From: an uncultured delta proteobacterium
GTDB lineage: Bacteria; Desulfobacterota; RBG-13-43-22
DNA: 64,000 bases
Assembly: GCA_963802945.1 (NCBI GenBank)
Contig: CAWDKY010000030.1
Coordinates: 224,001 to 288,000, forward strand
Direction: 5' to 3'
Of the stretch, positions 49,019 through 59,360 are shown one piece after another; position 1 is the stretch's first letter; each line of letters starts with the position of its first letter. The translations under genes and the position numbers were made by a program. The notes under the pieces are model-generated. The model was not told where the DNA came from, did not search any database, and saw nothing but the letters and a program-made list of their open reading frames with translations.

Positions 49019-49080
49019 TATTCTATCAAAAAGCAATTCTTATCAAATTTGGAAGAGGAATTGTAAAAAGGTAGGTTAGT

Positions 49081-50157
49081 ATGATGAAAATGGAACCCGG
49101 TTTCAGGACCAATTTTGAAACAGGCATGTACCGGCCGCCCAGTGAGGGAGGGAGTTATTCCCTGCTGATCCGGTTTACGCGAAACTGCCCCTGGAACCAG
49201 TGCACTTTTTGCAGTATGTATAAAAATGAAAAGTTTTCCTTTCGGTCTGCAGAGGAAATAAAGAGAGACATCGAGGCCATAAACGCCCTTTGTGCCGGTT
49301 TGATGACCATTTCTTTGGAACTTGGCTTCAAAGGAGAAATCAACAGGGCCGTGGTCATCGAGATGGTCAATAGAGACCCGGAGCTGACGAACAGCCATGG
49401 ATTTTACATGGTCTTAAATTGGATCCAGGCCGGAGGAAAAACTGCCTTTCTCCAGGATGCCAACAGCCCAACCATGCCAACCGAAACACTGGCCGGGGTA
49501 CTGAAAACCTTAAGGGAAACCTTTCCATCCCTGGAAAGAGTGACCTCTTATGCCCGGTCTAAAACCCTGGCCCGCAAAAGCTTGGATGATTTGAAAGCCA
49601 TTCGGGCAGCGGGTTTGGACCGGCTGCATGTCGGTTTGGAAACCGGAGATGATGTCCTCTTGAAAATGGTTAAAAAAGGCGTTACCAGCCAGGAGCATAT
49701 CGAAGGAGGAAGAAAGGCCATGGAAGCCGGGTTTCAACTATCCGAATACTGGATGCCGGGACTTGGAGGAAAAGCATTATGGGAAGGACACGCCCGTAAT
49801 ACGGCCCGCGTTCTCAATGCCATCAACCCCCATTACATACGATCCCGCCCTTTCGTCCCGTCCCCGGGAAGCCCCATCTGGGAGGATATTGAAAGCGGTG
49901 CTTTGCAAATCCTGACTATTGAAGAACAACTGAAAGAACTCTCAGTGATGATCGAGAAACTGGAAGTCACCTCCAATGTTTGCTTTGACCATGTCGGCAA
50001 TTACTGGCGAAATCGAAGGGGGCATCTATTGTTCACCCAGGATTATGAGGGGTATCGGTTCCCGGCAGAAAAATCCAAAGTCCTGGCCTTGATCCAGGAA
50101 GGCATCGAGGCTCAAAAAAAAGTTCCCCACAACATTGGTAAAGGCTTGTCTCTCTGA
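49081..50157 (+). CDS. Radical SAM protein
   Basis: YRPPSE, CPWNQCTFC, FLQDAN and GLETGDD motifs. Confidence 0.9.
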   Translation: MMKMEPGFRTNFETGMYRPPSEGGSYSLLIRFTRNCPWNQCTFCSMYKNEKFSFRSAEEIKRDIEAINALCAGLMTISLELGFKGEINRAVVIEMVNRDPELTNSHGFYMVLNWIQAGGKTAFLQDANSPTMPTETLAGVLKTLRETFPSLERVTSYARSKTLARKSLDDLKAIRAAGLDRLHVGLETGDDVLLKMVKKGVTSQEHIEGGRKAMEAGFQLSEYWMPGLGGKALWEGHARNTARVLNAINPHYIRSRPFVPSPGSPIWEDIESGALQILTIEEQLKELSVMIEKLEVTSNVCFDHVGNYWRNRRGHLLFTQDYEGYRFPAEKSKVLALIQEGIEAQKKVPHNIGKGLSL

Positions 50158-50165
50158 AAATCAGA

Positions 50166-50315
50166 TGTTGGGGTCGGACCTAGCCAAGGGGTTAAATTTT
50201 CAAATAATTATGCGAGAAAGGATGAGTAAAAAGGCCCTAAACCGGCCTTTTTGGCCTCAAAAAGAAGCTTATAAGCAGACAGGCCGGGGGACAGGTCTAT
50301 AATCTTGCATATTAC
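50166..50315 (+). repeat. G-family spacer module extended to ggggacaggtctataatcttgcatattac
   Basis: Homologous to 51300-51485. Confidence 0.85.
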
Positions 50316-50359
50316 TGGATAACCATTCATCTTTGCCCCGATTTAGGGAGGTAAACAAA

Positions 50360-51205
50360 ATGCTAAAAAAGTTAAAACAAAACAGTGAAAGCACAATCAC
50401 TATTTATTTAGTTTCGGATGGAAGTGGCGAAACAGCTAAAAGGATCGTTAACTCTGTACTGACACAATTTAAAAGTAAACCATTATTAGAGGTCAAGCCA
50501 AATATTATTACAACTAAAGAGGCAAGGCAAGTAGTGAATTTAGCAAAGCGGGATGGTGCGCCAATTTTCTTTACGATGGTTAAATCAGATATCAGAGCAA
50601 TTATAAAAAGTGAGACGCAAAAAAGAGGGATTATTTCTGTCGATTTGCTTGGATCTTCACTTAAGGTATTACATAAAATAATAAAGAGTGCGCCGTCTGA
50701 AACCCCCGGCTTATCTCAAGAGTTTGAAAAAGAACGTATAAGGCGAATGCGTGCCATAGACTTTACACTAGAGCATGATGATGGGAAAGATCCAAATGGT
50801 TATAAAGATGCTGATGTCGTTCTTGTAGGTGTTTCTCGTGCTTCTAAAAGTTGTACTGCATTTTATTTAGGTTATTGCGGTATAAAAGCAGCCAATGTTC
50901 CAATCCATTATGCTACACCGATCTCCCACGAATTATTGAAATTAGATAAAGAGAAGCTTGTGGCACTAACAATAACACCAAGCAGACTTGAAAGTGTTCG
51001 AACTATAAGAGCCAAGCAGTTTAAATTTGACATTAAAGATCCCTATACTGACAAACGTGAAATTGCAAAGGAGATAAGACATATTAATTTTTTAATCAAT
51101 AAATATAAGTGGAAGACGGTTGAAGTTTCTTATAAGGCAATTGAGGAGGTCGCTTGGGAAGTTGGTCGTCGCGTAGGCTTAAATGTGTCATACTTTCCTT
51201 TATAA
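50360..51205 (+). CDS. PEP synthase/PPDK regulatory kinase-pyrophosphorylase (DUF299)
   Basis: VSDGSGETA, AIDFTLEHDDG, ADVVLVGVSR.SK and KAANVP motifs; AT-rich. Confidence 0.92.
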   Translation: MLKKLKQNSESTITIYLVSDGSGETAKRIVNSVLTQFKSKPLLEVKPNIITTKEARQVVNLAKRDGAPIFFTMVKSDIRAIIKSETQKRGIISVDLLGSSLKVLHKIIKSAPSETPGLSQEFEKERIRRMRAIDFTLEHDDGKDPNGYKDADVVLVGVSRASKSCTAFYLGYCGIKAANVPIHYATPISHELLKLDKEKLVALTITPSRLESVRTIRAKQFKFDIKDPYTDKREIAKEIRHINFLINKYKWKTVEVSYKAIEEVAWEVGRRVGLNVSYFPL

Positions 51206-51299
51206 AGGTGACTGGCATTGGGGTCACCCATTAAAAGGCCCTGTCAAGAGAAATAGATTCTCCGTATGCAAGAATGGTCATTTTTTCTTGCCTTTTTAT

Positions 51300-51566
51300 G
51301 AGGTCGGACCAGGCCAAGGGGGTGTTTGGGAAATGGGTTGGACAAGCCCAACGGAATAAATTTTCAAAGAACAATATAAGAAATTATGGGCAAAAAAGGC
51401 CTTAAACCGGCCTTTTTGGCCTCAAAAAGAAGCTTTTAAGCAGACGGGCCTGAGGTCAGGTCTATCATCTTGCACATTACAGATGGAGAGACGTTGTTGA
51501 ATTAATTGAATTGGTCTGTTGGGGCCCGAATAGACCAGACAACCAACGGCCCAAAGAAGGTTTTTC
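51300..51566 (+). repeat. Longest G-family spacer module
   Basis: Contains gaggtcggacc, gaggtcaggtct..atcttgcacattac, gacgttgttgaatt and ggcccgaa..ccaacggcccaaagaagg. Confidence 0.85.
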
Positions 51567-51695
51567 CTGTGAGGAAGAAATTGGATGATCTTTAATGCCA
51601 AAGCACTTATTATCTGCCGGGTAATCCATGAATCGACAAAGATTGCCTGATTAACTATACTCACCACAAAAACTGATCGTAGAGGAGGTTATCCC

Positions 51696-52253
51696 ATGGA
51701 CAAGAACGAGAGAGACTCACGGAAGAAAAAAGTCATTGAAGTGCTGAATAAGGCGCGATCCCTGGAGTTGCGGGCCATCCACCAGTATATGGTCCAGCAC
51801 TACAACCTCGATGCCCTGGATTATGGGGAGATGGCGGTCAATCTTAAACTGATCGGCATTGACGAGATGCGCCACGCCGAGATGTTTGCCGACAGAGTCA
51901 AGCAGCTTGGTGGTGAGCCTACGACCGATCTGGCGGGAAAGGTAGAAAAAGGTCAGACCGTAGAGAAGGTGTTCTCCTTTGACGCCGCCCTCGAAGACAA
52001 TGCCATTGCAGAATACAACCGGTTTGCCGCCGTCTGTCGGGAGAATGGCGATGCCATCAGCATGAAGCTCTTTGAGACGATTATCGAGGAGGAGCAGGCA
52101 CATCTCGACTACTTCGATAACGTAACAGACCACATCAAGAATTTGGGGCAGGTTTATCTCGCCCAGATTGCGGGCACACCCTCAAGCACGGGCCTCGCAC
52201 ACCAGGGTTTCGTGATTCGTCAGGCAGGCGGGGGATCGCCGAAAGTGGTATAG
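51696..52253 (+). CDS. bfr: Bacterioferritin
   Basis: EL.AI.QY, DEMRHAE, LGGEP, E..AI..Y and EE..H ferroxidase ligands. Confidence 0.88.
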   Translation: MDKNERDSRKKKVIEVLNKARSLELRAIHQYMVQHYNLDALDYGEMAVNLKLIGIDEMRHAEMFADRVKQLGGEPTTDLAGKVEKGQTVEKVFSFDAALEDNAIAEYNRFAAVCRENGDAISMKLFETIIEEEQAHLDYFDNVTDHIKNLGQVYLAQIAGTPSSTGLAHQGFVIRQAGGGSPKVV

Positions 52254-52364
52254 GCATTAAGAAGATCGTGTTATGGATTGGCCGACGTTTATCCCGGGCA
52301 CACCATACTTATATGCTAAGCAACTAACGGCCTAAAGAAGGTTTTTCGGTTTCTGCTTTTCTCC

Positions 52365-52393
52365 TTGCCCCGGTCTTTTTCTTGCCTTATACT
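52365..52393 (+). promoter_or_regulatory. Repeated sigma70-like promoter, copy 2
   Basis: TTGCCC-17 nt-TATACT. Confidence 0.75.
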
Positions 52394-52463
52394 CTTCCCA
52401 TCAACAAGTCAATTCTTATAAAATCATCGGTTTTAAATAATAAAAGAAGGAGGGAGGGCAAGG

Positions 52464-53009
52464 ATGGGCAAATCATCACCTAAGGAGGTTTTCAAAGAAC
52501 TATTAAAGAGTGAGACAGTGTCTCTGGTCGTCGAACATAAGTTACGCGGTGTCACTCCTGAAATGCTGGACTGGTGGTGGGACAACATGGACAACGATAA
52601 TTATAAGTTATGGAATCCCAAGGACCACATTGCTCTTGAATGGCAAATCCCACCAAACCAGGTGGGACATGTCGGTGCTATTCATATGGCCTGCGAGAGC
52701 ATAAGCGACATACCCCCTCAAATCATACGTATCCGATGGGAGGACCCAAGTGCGGCGCTCATTACCCCCATTTACAGCCATGTCAATGTGGGCAGTTCCC
52801 TTGCCCCCGGCACTGACGACACCCCGCTGGGCAGTGTTGTCCACGAATATGAAGAGACATCTTACGGGACACAAATGCGCTCCACATTTATTCTTCCCGC
52901 GATTGTACCTCAATTTTTCATTGATTTTTTACGTCAGCACAACATAGCCGAAATGGGACAATTTCCCGAATTTCTGCCACAACTATATAAGCAGAAAACC
53001 GGCCCATGA
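52464..53009 (+). CDS. PhlG-like (DAPG hydrolase family) protein
   Basis: GVTPEMLDWW, YKLW.P.DH, MRS.F and H...EM..F..FLP.LY motifs. Confidence 0.8.
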   Translation: MGKSSPKEVFKELLKSETVSLVVEHKLRGVTPEMLDWWWDNMDNDNYKLWNPKDHIALEWQIPPNQVGHVGAIHMACESISDIPPQIIRIRWEDPSAALITPIYSHVNVGSSLAPGTDDTPLGSVVHEYEETSYGTQMRSTFILPAIVPQFFIDFLRQHNIAEMGQFPEFLPQLYKQKTGP

Positions 53010-53073
53010 TGAAACATGCCATTTGGCCTAAGGTAGTTACGGATCGGAATAGAAGGGCCGGTTCTCTTTTACA

Positions 53074-53320
53074 TGTTGAGGTCGGGCCTGGCCAAGGGAA
53101 TTAATCCTCAAAGAATTATCCAAGAAATGATGGGTAAAAAAGGCCTCATAGCCAACTTTTTACCCCCAAAAAGTAGCTTCTAAACATAAGATTTTTTACA
53201 TTTGGCGAGACATTGTTGAATGTTTGTATTGGCATTTTATGGCCCGAACAGGCCTCGAAGAAATCGAACCGTTTTGAATTCGAAGTAGGCTAAAGGCCAA
53301 ACGGATAAGAGTAAGGAGGA
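53074..53320 (+). repeat. G-family spacer, near-identical to 47517-47763
   Basis: Direct sequence comparison. Confidence 0.9.
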
Positions 53321-53710
53321 ATGATGTCCATTCGCATTGTCAGACTCGGCTCTCCCCGGGAAGCCGGAGAAGGGATTCGTCTCGGGACGGTTCGGCGGCC
53401 ACCGCGGGGGGTCCCTAAATCAGAGTATGCCAAACGCGATTTTTATGATGTCTGGCTGCCCCTTCTTTCTCCAAGCGAAGAGTTGTTAAAAGAAGGAAAG
53501 CTATCCCTTGAAGATCGGGCCTGGGCTGTTTTTAAGAGGAAGTTCCTGGCGGAAATGAACCGACCTGATCCGCGCAAGGTCTTGGACCTTTTAGCAGCTT
53601 TTTCTCAGCAAACCCATTTTTCGTTGGGATGCTATTGCGAGAATGAACACCGATGTCACCGATCTATCTTGAGAGAGTTGCTTTTGGAGCACGGAGCAAA
53701 GGTCGTTTAG
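53321..53710 (+). CDS. DUF488/YeaO-like protein, second copy
   Basis: Differs from 47764..48153 at three residues. Confidence 0.82.
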   Translation: MMSIRIVRLGSPREAGEGIRLGTVRRPPRGVPKSEYAKRDFYDVWLPLLSPSEELLKEGKLSLEDRAWAVFKRKFLAEMNRPDPRKVLDLLAAFSQQTHFSLGCYCENEHRCHRSILRELLLEHGAKVV

Positions 53711-53719
53711 TCGGGCATA

Positions 53720-53753
53720 GAAGCCCTGGTCCTTTGGACCAGGGCATAGTTCA
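53720..53753 (+). mobile_element. Isolated IS200/IS605-like right-end palindrome
   Basis: gaagccctggtcctttggaccagggcatagttca. Confidence 0.45.
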
Positions 53754-53776
53754 GTGAATGGGGAGGTTTAATTAAG

Positions 53777-54556
53777 ATGAAAGTTACAGATAAAGTCGTT
53801 GTTGTTACGGGTGGCGCTAATGGCATAGGCGCGGCTTTGGGCCGGCGGTTTGCTCAGGAAGGCGCTAAAAATGTTGTCGTGGCGGATATCGATGAGACTT
53901 CAGCAAAAGTCGTGGCCGATGAAATACATGGGGCGGCTTTCAAGTGCGATGTCAGCCGGGAAGAAGATGTGAAACGGTTAATCCGCTTTACGGAAGAGAA
54001 GTACGGACTTATAGATCTTTTTTGCTCGAATGCCGGTATTGGTGTTATCGGTGGCCTCGAATGTCCCAATGATCAATGGCAACGGATTTGGGAGGTCAAT
54101 GTGATGTCCCATGTGTATGTGGGACGGGCGATTATTCCAGGAATGATCAAACGGGGCGGCGGTGCGCTCATGATCACGTCTTCGGCCGCAGGGCTTCTCA
54201 GCCAGATTGGTTCGGCGCCTTATTCCGTTACCAAGCATGCGGCTGTGGGGCTGGCTGAAAATATCGCCATCACCTACGGCGACCAAGGAATCAAAGTATT
54301 CGCTCTCTGTCCCCAAGCCGTGCGCACAGCCATGGCCGGGCCAGATGGAGGCGTAGCGGCGGTTGATGGGCTGATGGAACCGGAACAACTCGCCGAAGCT
54401 GTTATCGAGGGTTTAAATAAAGAAGAGTTTCTGATTCTGCCTCACCCCGAGGTAAAAACTTACATGCAGAGAAAAACAAGCGATTATGAGCGCTGGCTTC
54501 AAGGCATGCGACGACTTCAGGCACGTTTTATTGCGGGTGAATCTCTTAAGAAATAG
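53777..54556 (+). CDS. Short-chain dehydrogenase/reductase
   Basis: [13 protein letters not shown] and YSVTK motifs. Confidence 0.93.
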   Translation: MKVTDKVVVVTGGANGIGAALGRRFAQEGAKNVVVADIDETSAKVVADEIHGAAFKCDVSREEDVKRLIRFTEEKYGLIDLFCSNAGIGVIGGLECPNDQWQRIWEVNVMSHVYVGRAIIPGMIKRGGGALMITSSAAGLLSQIGSAPYSVTKHAAVGLAENIAITYGDQGIKVFALCPQAVRTAMAGPDGGVAAVDGLMEPEQLAEAVIEGLNKEEFLILPHPEVKTYMQRKTSDYERWLQGMRRLQARFIAGESLKK

Positions 54557-54638
54557 GTTTTTGTCGCAAAGGGGGACCTTGTTGAATTCGTTGTATGAAA
54601 AATGTTGAATTCATAAGTGGGCGGAAAGGAGTGGAAAA

Positions 54639-55778
54639 ATGAATTTTGATTTAACGGAAGAACAACAAATGTTGAAAGAAATGGCCTACAAGTTTGCGGT
54701 CACCGAGTTCAAACCGGTTTCACAGGAATGCGATGAGCATGAGAAATACACGCCGGAGATCCGAAAGAAGGCGGCCGAAAACGGTCTGGTCGGTTCCTGG
54801 ATTCCGGAAGAGTACGGCGGCGCCGGGGCTGGTATTATGGGAAACTCCATCATTTCGGAAGAATTTTCCAAAATCGACATGGGAATCGGACTGAATATCG
54901 TGGCCGCCAGTTTCGGCTGCGAATCCATTCTTCAGTATGGAACGGAAGAACAAAAGAAGACCTATCTGCCCTTAGTCTGTGCAGGCGAAAAGGTCAGTGC
55001 CGGGGCTTTCACGGAACCTAATGCCGGCACCGATGTGGCGGGATACAAGACCCGGGCGGTCAAGGACGGCCGTGATTATGTGATTAACGGCAATAAAATG
55101 TTTATCACCAATGGATCGGTTTGCGATTTCATGCTGGCTCAGTGCATCACTAATCCGGAGGAAAAAAAGCACAACAGTTTCAGCCTGATCATTGTTCCTG
55201 CCGACGCTAAAGGCATTACCAGAAACAAGATCAAAGGGAAGCTGGGGATCCGCTCCAGCGATACGGCCGAGATCGCTTTCGAAGATGTAAGGGTTCCCCA
55301 GAGCAATCTGGTAGGTAAAGAAGGACGCGGTTTTATTGAATTGATGCATTTCTTCGATACTACCCGGATCATGATAGCCGCCCAGGGTCTGGGTCTCAGT
55401 GAAGCTTGTTTGGAAGCGAGTATCCGATATGTGAAAGAAAGGACCGCATTCGGCTCGACCTTGGGGTCCTTTCAACTCACCCAGAAGAAGCTTACGGAAA
55501 TGGCCATCATGATCGAAGCCCTGCGAGGTCTGGTTTATAAGTCCGCCTGGCTGATTGACGAAGGTCGTCCCGATTACTATTTAGCCGCCATGGCAAAATT
55601 CTACGGCGGTCAGACGGCGGTCTTTTGTGCCAATTATGCTGTGGAGCTTCACGGCGGCTATGGGTATATCGAAGAATATCCCGTTCAAAAGTGGTATCGC
55701 GACGCCAAGATTTTAGAGCTTTACGAAGGGACCAAGGAAGCGGAAATCATGACCATCGGCCGGAAATTACAAACCTAA
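54639..55778 (+). CDS. Acyl-CoA dehydrogenase
   Basis: FTEPNAGTD, NGNKMFIT, KLGIR and RDAKILELYEGT motifs. Confidence 0.94.
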   Translation: MNFDLTEEQQMLKEMAYKFAVTEFKPVSQECDEHEKYTPEIRKKAAENGLVGSWIPEEYGGAGAGIMGNSIISEEFSKIDMGIGLNIVAASFGCESILQYGTEEQKKTYLPLVCAGEKVSAGAFTEPNAGTDVAGYKTRAVKDGRDYVINGNKMFITNGSVCDFMLAQCITNPEEKKHNSFSLIIVPADAKGITRNKIKGKLGIRSSDTAEIAFEDVRVPQSNLVGKEGRGFIELMHFFDTTRIMIAAQGLGLSEACLEASIRYVKERTAFGSTLGSFQLTQKKLTEMAIMIEALRGLVYKSAWLIDEGRPDYYLAAMAKFYGGQTAVFCANYAVELHGGYGYIEEYPVQKWYRDAKILELYEGTKEAEIMTIGRKLQT

Positions 55779-55807
55779 AAGGATTGTTGAGTCGTGACCT
55801 GCGTTAA

Positions 55808-55965
55808 TTGGGGTCGGGCCATGCGAACGGATTGAAAGCATAAAGAAAAAGATAAAAACTGAGGGTTGAAAATGGCCTTAAAGCTACCGTTTTACCCATC
55901 AAAAAGAAGATTCTAAACGGTTCGATAAATAGTGTTAGCCAGTCGAAAGTCAGGATTGACCCCAA
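55808..55965. repeat. G-family spacer bounded by inverted ttggggtc / gaccccaa
   Basis: 8-bp inverted termini; body is a diverged G module. Confidence 0.7.
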
Positions 55966-56002
55966 CTTCATGGAGGTTTGAAGCAAAAGAAGGAGGCTGT
56001 AA

Positions 56003-57166
56003 ATGGCCGTCGAAATTACACCTATCACGGCAAAACCGTCCCGAGAAGAACTACAGTCGCGCATCAATGCCGTTCGCTCCCTGATGGCGCAGGAAAACCT
56101 CGATTACTACATCTGCACCAATACTGAAAATGTATATTACCTGACGAATTTTGCCTACATCCCCTTTGAAAGACCATTTTTCCTGATTATTCCAGCGAAC
56201 AAGAACCTCCTGATGATCGTACCTGATCTGGAAATCAGCCATGCGAAGGATCGCCTGCTGATCGATGTCGAATATCACACCTATTATGAGTACCCTGCAC
56301 CCCAGGGCAGTACTTACGTGGACACCTTAAAAAAACTGATCCCCTCTGAAAGCATCGTCGGCATTGAGTCCTCTATTTCTCTGGCGTTAAAGGAGATTCT
56401 GCCGGGCAGGTTGAAGGTCATCGATATCGTCGATGACCTCCGCCTGGTCAAAAGCGACTATGAGATCGGCCGTATCGCCCACGCCAGCAGCATTGCAGGA
56501 ACAGGGATAAAAACCGTTCTGGATATGAGTCAGCCGGGGACGCAAGAGTTCGCCATCAACTCGGAGGGAACCAGGCAGATGATGGCCAGAGTCGTCTTTG
56601 AAATACAGAACCCGAATTTACTGATGACCAGGGCTGTCTGCGCTGTATGGCCGAAAACGCTATCCAATCAGCCCCATTCCGTACCGGGCATTTTTGATTC
56701 GCTTGAGGAGGGGGGACCGAATGTCGTGATTATAACCATTCAGGCGGACGGCTACTCCGCAGAACTCGAACGGACCTACTTTATCAAATCGGTCCCGCCT
56801 GCCGCGCGCGATCCTTTTGAGGCCATGATGGAGGCCAGGGCCCTGGCTTTTCGGCTGGTGAAACCAGGGGTGCCCGCGGCCTCGGTGGACGAAGAAGTGT
56901 TGAACGTCATTAAAAGGTACGGGTATGGACCAAACATTTTGCATCGCACCGGCCATGGCTTTGGCATTACGGGACACGAACCGCCCTGGTTGGCCCTGGG
57001 CAGCGAAACGGTCCTGAAGAAGAACATGGTCATCAGTATTGAACCGGGAATCTATATCCCAGGACTGGGAGGCTTCCGGCACTCCGACACCGTCCTGGTG
57101 ACGGATGACGGCTGCGTCTCTTTGACGGACTGGCCTGCCGGTCTGGAGGATTTGACCTTGCCATAA
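56003..57166 (+). CDS. Xaa-Pro peptidase (M24B)
   Basis: LRLVKS.YEI, HRTGHGFG...HEPP and SIEPGIY..GGFRHSD motifs. Confidence 0.92.
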   Translation: MAVEITPITAKPSREELQSRINAVRSLMAQENLDYYICTNTENVYYLTNFAYIPFERPFFLIIPANKNLLMIVPDLEISHAKDRLLIDVEYHTYYEYPAPQGSTYVDTLKKLIPSESIVGIESSISLALKEILPGRLKVIDIVDDLRLVKSDYEIGRIAHASSIAGTGIKTVLDMSQPGTQEFAINSEGTRQMMARVVFEIQNPNLLMTRAVCAVWPKTLSNQPHSVPGIFDSLEEGGPNVVIITIQADGYSAELERTYFIKSVPPAARDPFEAMMEARALAFRLVKPGVPAASVDEEVLNVIKRYGYGPNILHRTGHGFGITGHEPPWLALGSETVLKKNMVISIEPGIYIPGLGGFRHSDTVLVTDDGCVSLTDWPAGLEDLTLP

Positions 57167-57450
57167 TCATCCGTACGGAAACTAGGGACAACAGCGCCCG
57201 TTTTTTTCACCAAATCAATTCGTTGGACAATTTGGGGTTCAATGATTAAAATGAATTATTATGGATAAGTCGAACCCCCGATCTTTCTTTACCAATCTTA
57301 GAGTCACCATGCTATGGCAGAAAAAAATATGGCTTCTTCTTAGAAATAATTGGATCAAAATACGGCATGTTCAATCCTGCTGCGGCTATCCGGGTGAGCC
57401 CGGCTGTTGACAAACAGAAGAGCATCAGCCTCGGTGAGGCTGAAACAGCG

Positions 57451-57546
57451 TGAGGTCGGTGATCAGGCCTATAATCTTGTACATTACAGAAGGTATGACG
57501 TTCTTAAATTAGTTGAATCGGTTTTTTATGGCCCGGAAAAACCACG
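57451..57546 (+). repeat. Partial G-family module
   Basis: gatcaggcctataatcttgtacattacaga...tatggcccg. Confidence 0.7.
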
Positions 57547-57592
57547 AAAAGGTTTTGCCTGCCTTGTATTAAAAAAAGGAGGATGAGATTCA

Positions 57593-58588
57593 ATGGGAAA
57601 GCGATTTTATGTTGTTATCTCTTTATTAGTGGCTATCACCTTTCTGACCAGCGGGTGCTTAGGGCTGAAGATCAACCTTGGGGGTGGTTCGAAAGAGCCG
57701 CTCAAGCAATTCACGCTCCAGGGCAATGAAAGAGGAAAGGTCCTCATCATTCCCATAAGGGGGTTTCTCTCCGACGTTCCCAAGAAAGGTCTCCTGGGCG
57801 ACCGGGCCAGCGTGGTCCAGGAAGTCGTCTCCCAACTCCGGCTGGCTGAAAAGGATAAAGAGGTCAAGGCAGTGCTTCTGGAAATCAACTCGCCCGGCGG
57901 CACGATTACGGCCAGTGATATCCTGTATCATGAAATCATGGACTTTAAAGAACGGACCAAAACAAAAATTGTGGCCGTTCTGATGGATGTGGCTGCCTCG
58001 GGAGGCTATTACGTCGCCCTGCCAGCCGATCGAATCGTGGCCCACCCCACCACCATCACGGGGTCTGTGGGGGTGATTTTTATGACCCCCAAGGTAACCG
58101 GGCTCATGGATAAACTCGGCTTGTCCGTGGAGGTCAATAAATCCGGCAGAGAGAAAGACATCGGCTCCTCCTTCCGCCCATCCACCCCGGAGGAACAGAA
58201 GATATTCCAGGAACTGACCGATAAGCTGGCTGGGAGATTCCTGGATCTGGTGGCCAAGCACCGCAAGATGGACCCCAAGGCCATGACCAGTATCTCCACC
58301 GCCCGCATCTACCTGGCCGAAGAGGCCTTGCAACTAAAGCTTATAGACAGCATAGGGTATTTGGATAACGCCATTTCTGAGGCCAAAGGGCTGGCGAGTC
58401 TTTCTAAAGAAGCCAAGGTCGTGATCTATCGCCGCAGCGAATATCCGAACGACAACCCCTACAACACCTCCCTCTCCTGGTCCAACGAACCAGGGCTGCC
58501 TCTAATTGATGTAAACCTACGGGAGTTCATTCCCACCCTTGCTCCCGGCTTCTACTACCTCTGGACACCAGGGACTATGGGCAATTAA
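57593..58588 (+). CDS. sppA: Signal peptide peptidase SppA (36K type, lipoprotein-like)
   Basis: LTSGC lipobox-like, INSPGG, AASGGYY and TGSVGV motifs. Confidence 0.92.
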   Translation: MGKRFYVVISLLVAITFLTSGCLGLKINLGGGSKEPLKQFTLQGNERGKVLIIPIRGFLSDVPKKGLLGDRASVVQEVVSQLRLAEKDKEVKAVLLEINSPGGTITASDILYHEIMDFKERTKTKIVAVLMDVAASGGYYVALPADRIVAHPTTITGSVGVIFMTPKVTGLMDKLGLSVEVNKSGREKDIGSSFRPSTPEEQKIFQELTDKLAGRFLDLVAKHRKMDPKAMTSISTARIYLAEEALQLKLIDSIGYLDNAISEAKGLASLSKEAKVVIYRRSEYPNDNPYNTSLSWSNEPGLPLIDVNLREFIPTLAPGFYYLWTPGTMGN

Positions 58589-58642
58589 ACTTCCTTCCCA
58601 AGCGCCAATGATACCTAAACGGGGGGCATTTAACTTAAGGAG

Positions 58643-59149
58643 ATGACAATGAAAGATTTAAATTACCTGACCATTGCTGAGGAGAACATCAAGAAAATCA
58701 AAAAAGGAGCTTTTTTAACAGTAAAAGCCGGCCAGGCGCTCAACACCATGGCCATTGGCTGGGCTACTTTCGGATTTATCTGGCAAAAACCGATCATGAT
58801 GGTAGCGGTGCGGTCTTCGAGGCATACCTTTGGTCTTATGGAAGCAGCAGAGGATTTTACCGTTACCGTACCGACGGGTGATATGGCTAAAGAAATTGCT
58901 TTTTGCGGTTCGAAATCCGGCCGGGACCTGGACAAGTTTAAAATGTGCAACCTGAAAATCATGAACGGCAGGAAGGTGGTTTCACCCCTCATCAAAACCC
59001 CAGGGCATCATTACGAGTGTAAAATAATCTACAAGTCTGCTATGAACCCGGCCTATCTGGACAAAAAGTTTGATACGACTCTTTATCCACAAAAGGATTA
59101 CCATACCCTTTACTTTGGCGAGATACTGGCCTGCTACGAAACCGGCTGA
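58643..59149 (+). CDS. Flavin reductase/flavoredoxin family protein
   Basis: NTMAIGW, VR.SRHT, CGSKSGRD.DK and YHTLYFGEI motifs. Confidence 0.88.
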   Translation: MTMKDLNYLTIAEENIKKIKKGAFLTVKAGQALNTMAIGWATFGFIWQKPIMMVAVRSSRHTFGLMEAAEDFTVTVPTGDMAKEIAFCGSKSGRDLDKFKMCNLKIMNGRKVVSPLIKTPGHHYECKIIYKSAMNPAYLDKKFDTTLYPQKDYHTLYFGEILACYETG

Positions 59150-59279
59150 TATTCAAAAGGTCACCTACGGACACATGCGCAAGGCGTGACGTTATTGGAT
59201 TAGTTGCGTAGGTATTGTATGGCCCGAATAGACTACGCCACCAACGGCCCAAAGAAAATTTCTCGATTTGCTTTTCTCC

Positions 59280-59308
59280 TTGCCCCGGTCTTTTTCTTGC
59301 CTTATACT
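59280..59308 (+). promoter_or_regulatory. Repeated sigma70-like promoter, copy 3
   Basis: TTGCCC-17 nt-TATACT, preceded by a G-family segment at 59188-59260. Confidence 0.75.
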
Positions 59309-59360
59309 CTTCCCATCAAAAAGAGAATTCTTCAAAAAATAGGACCTTGATGGAGGAAGT

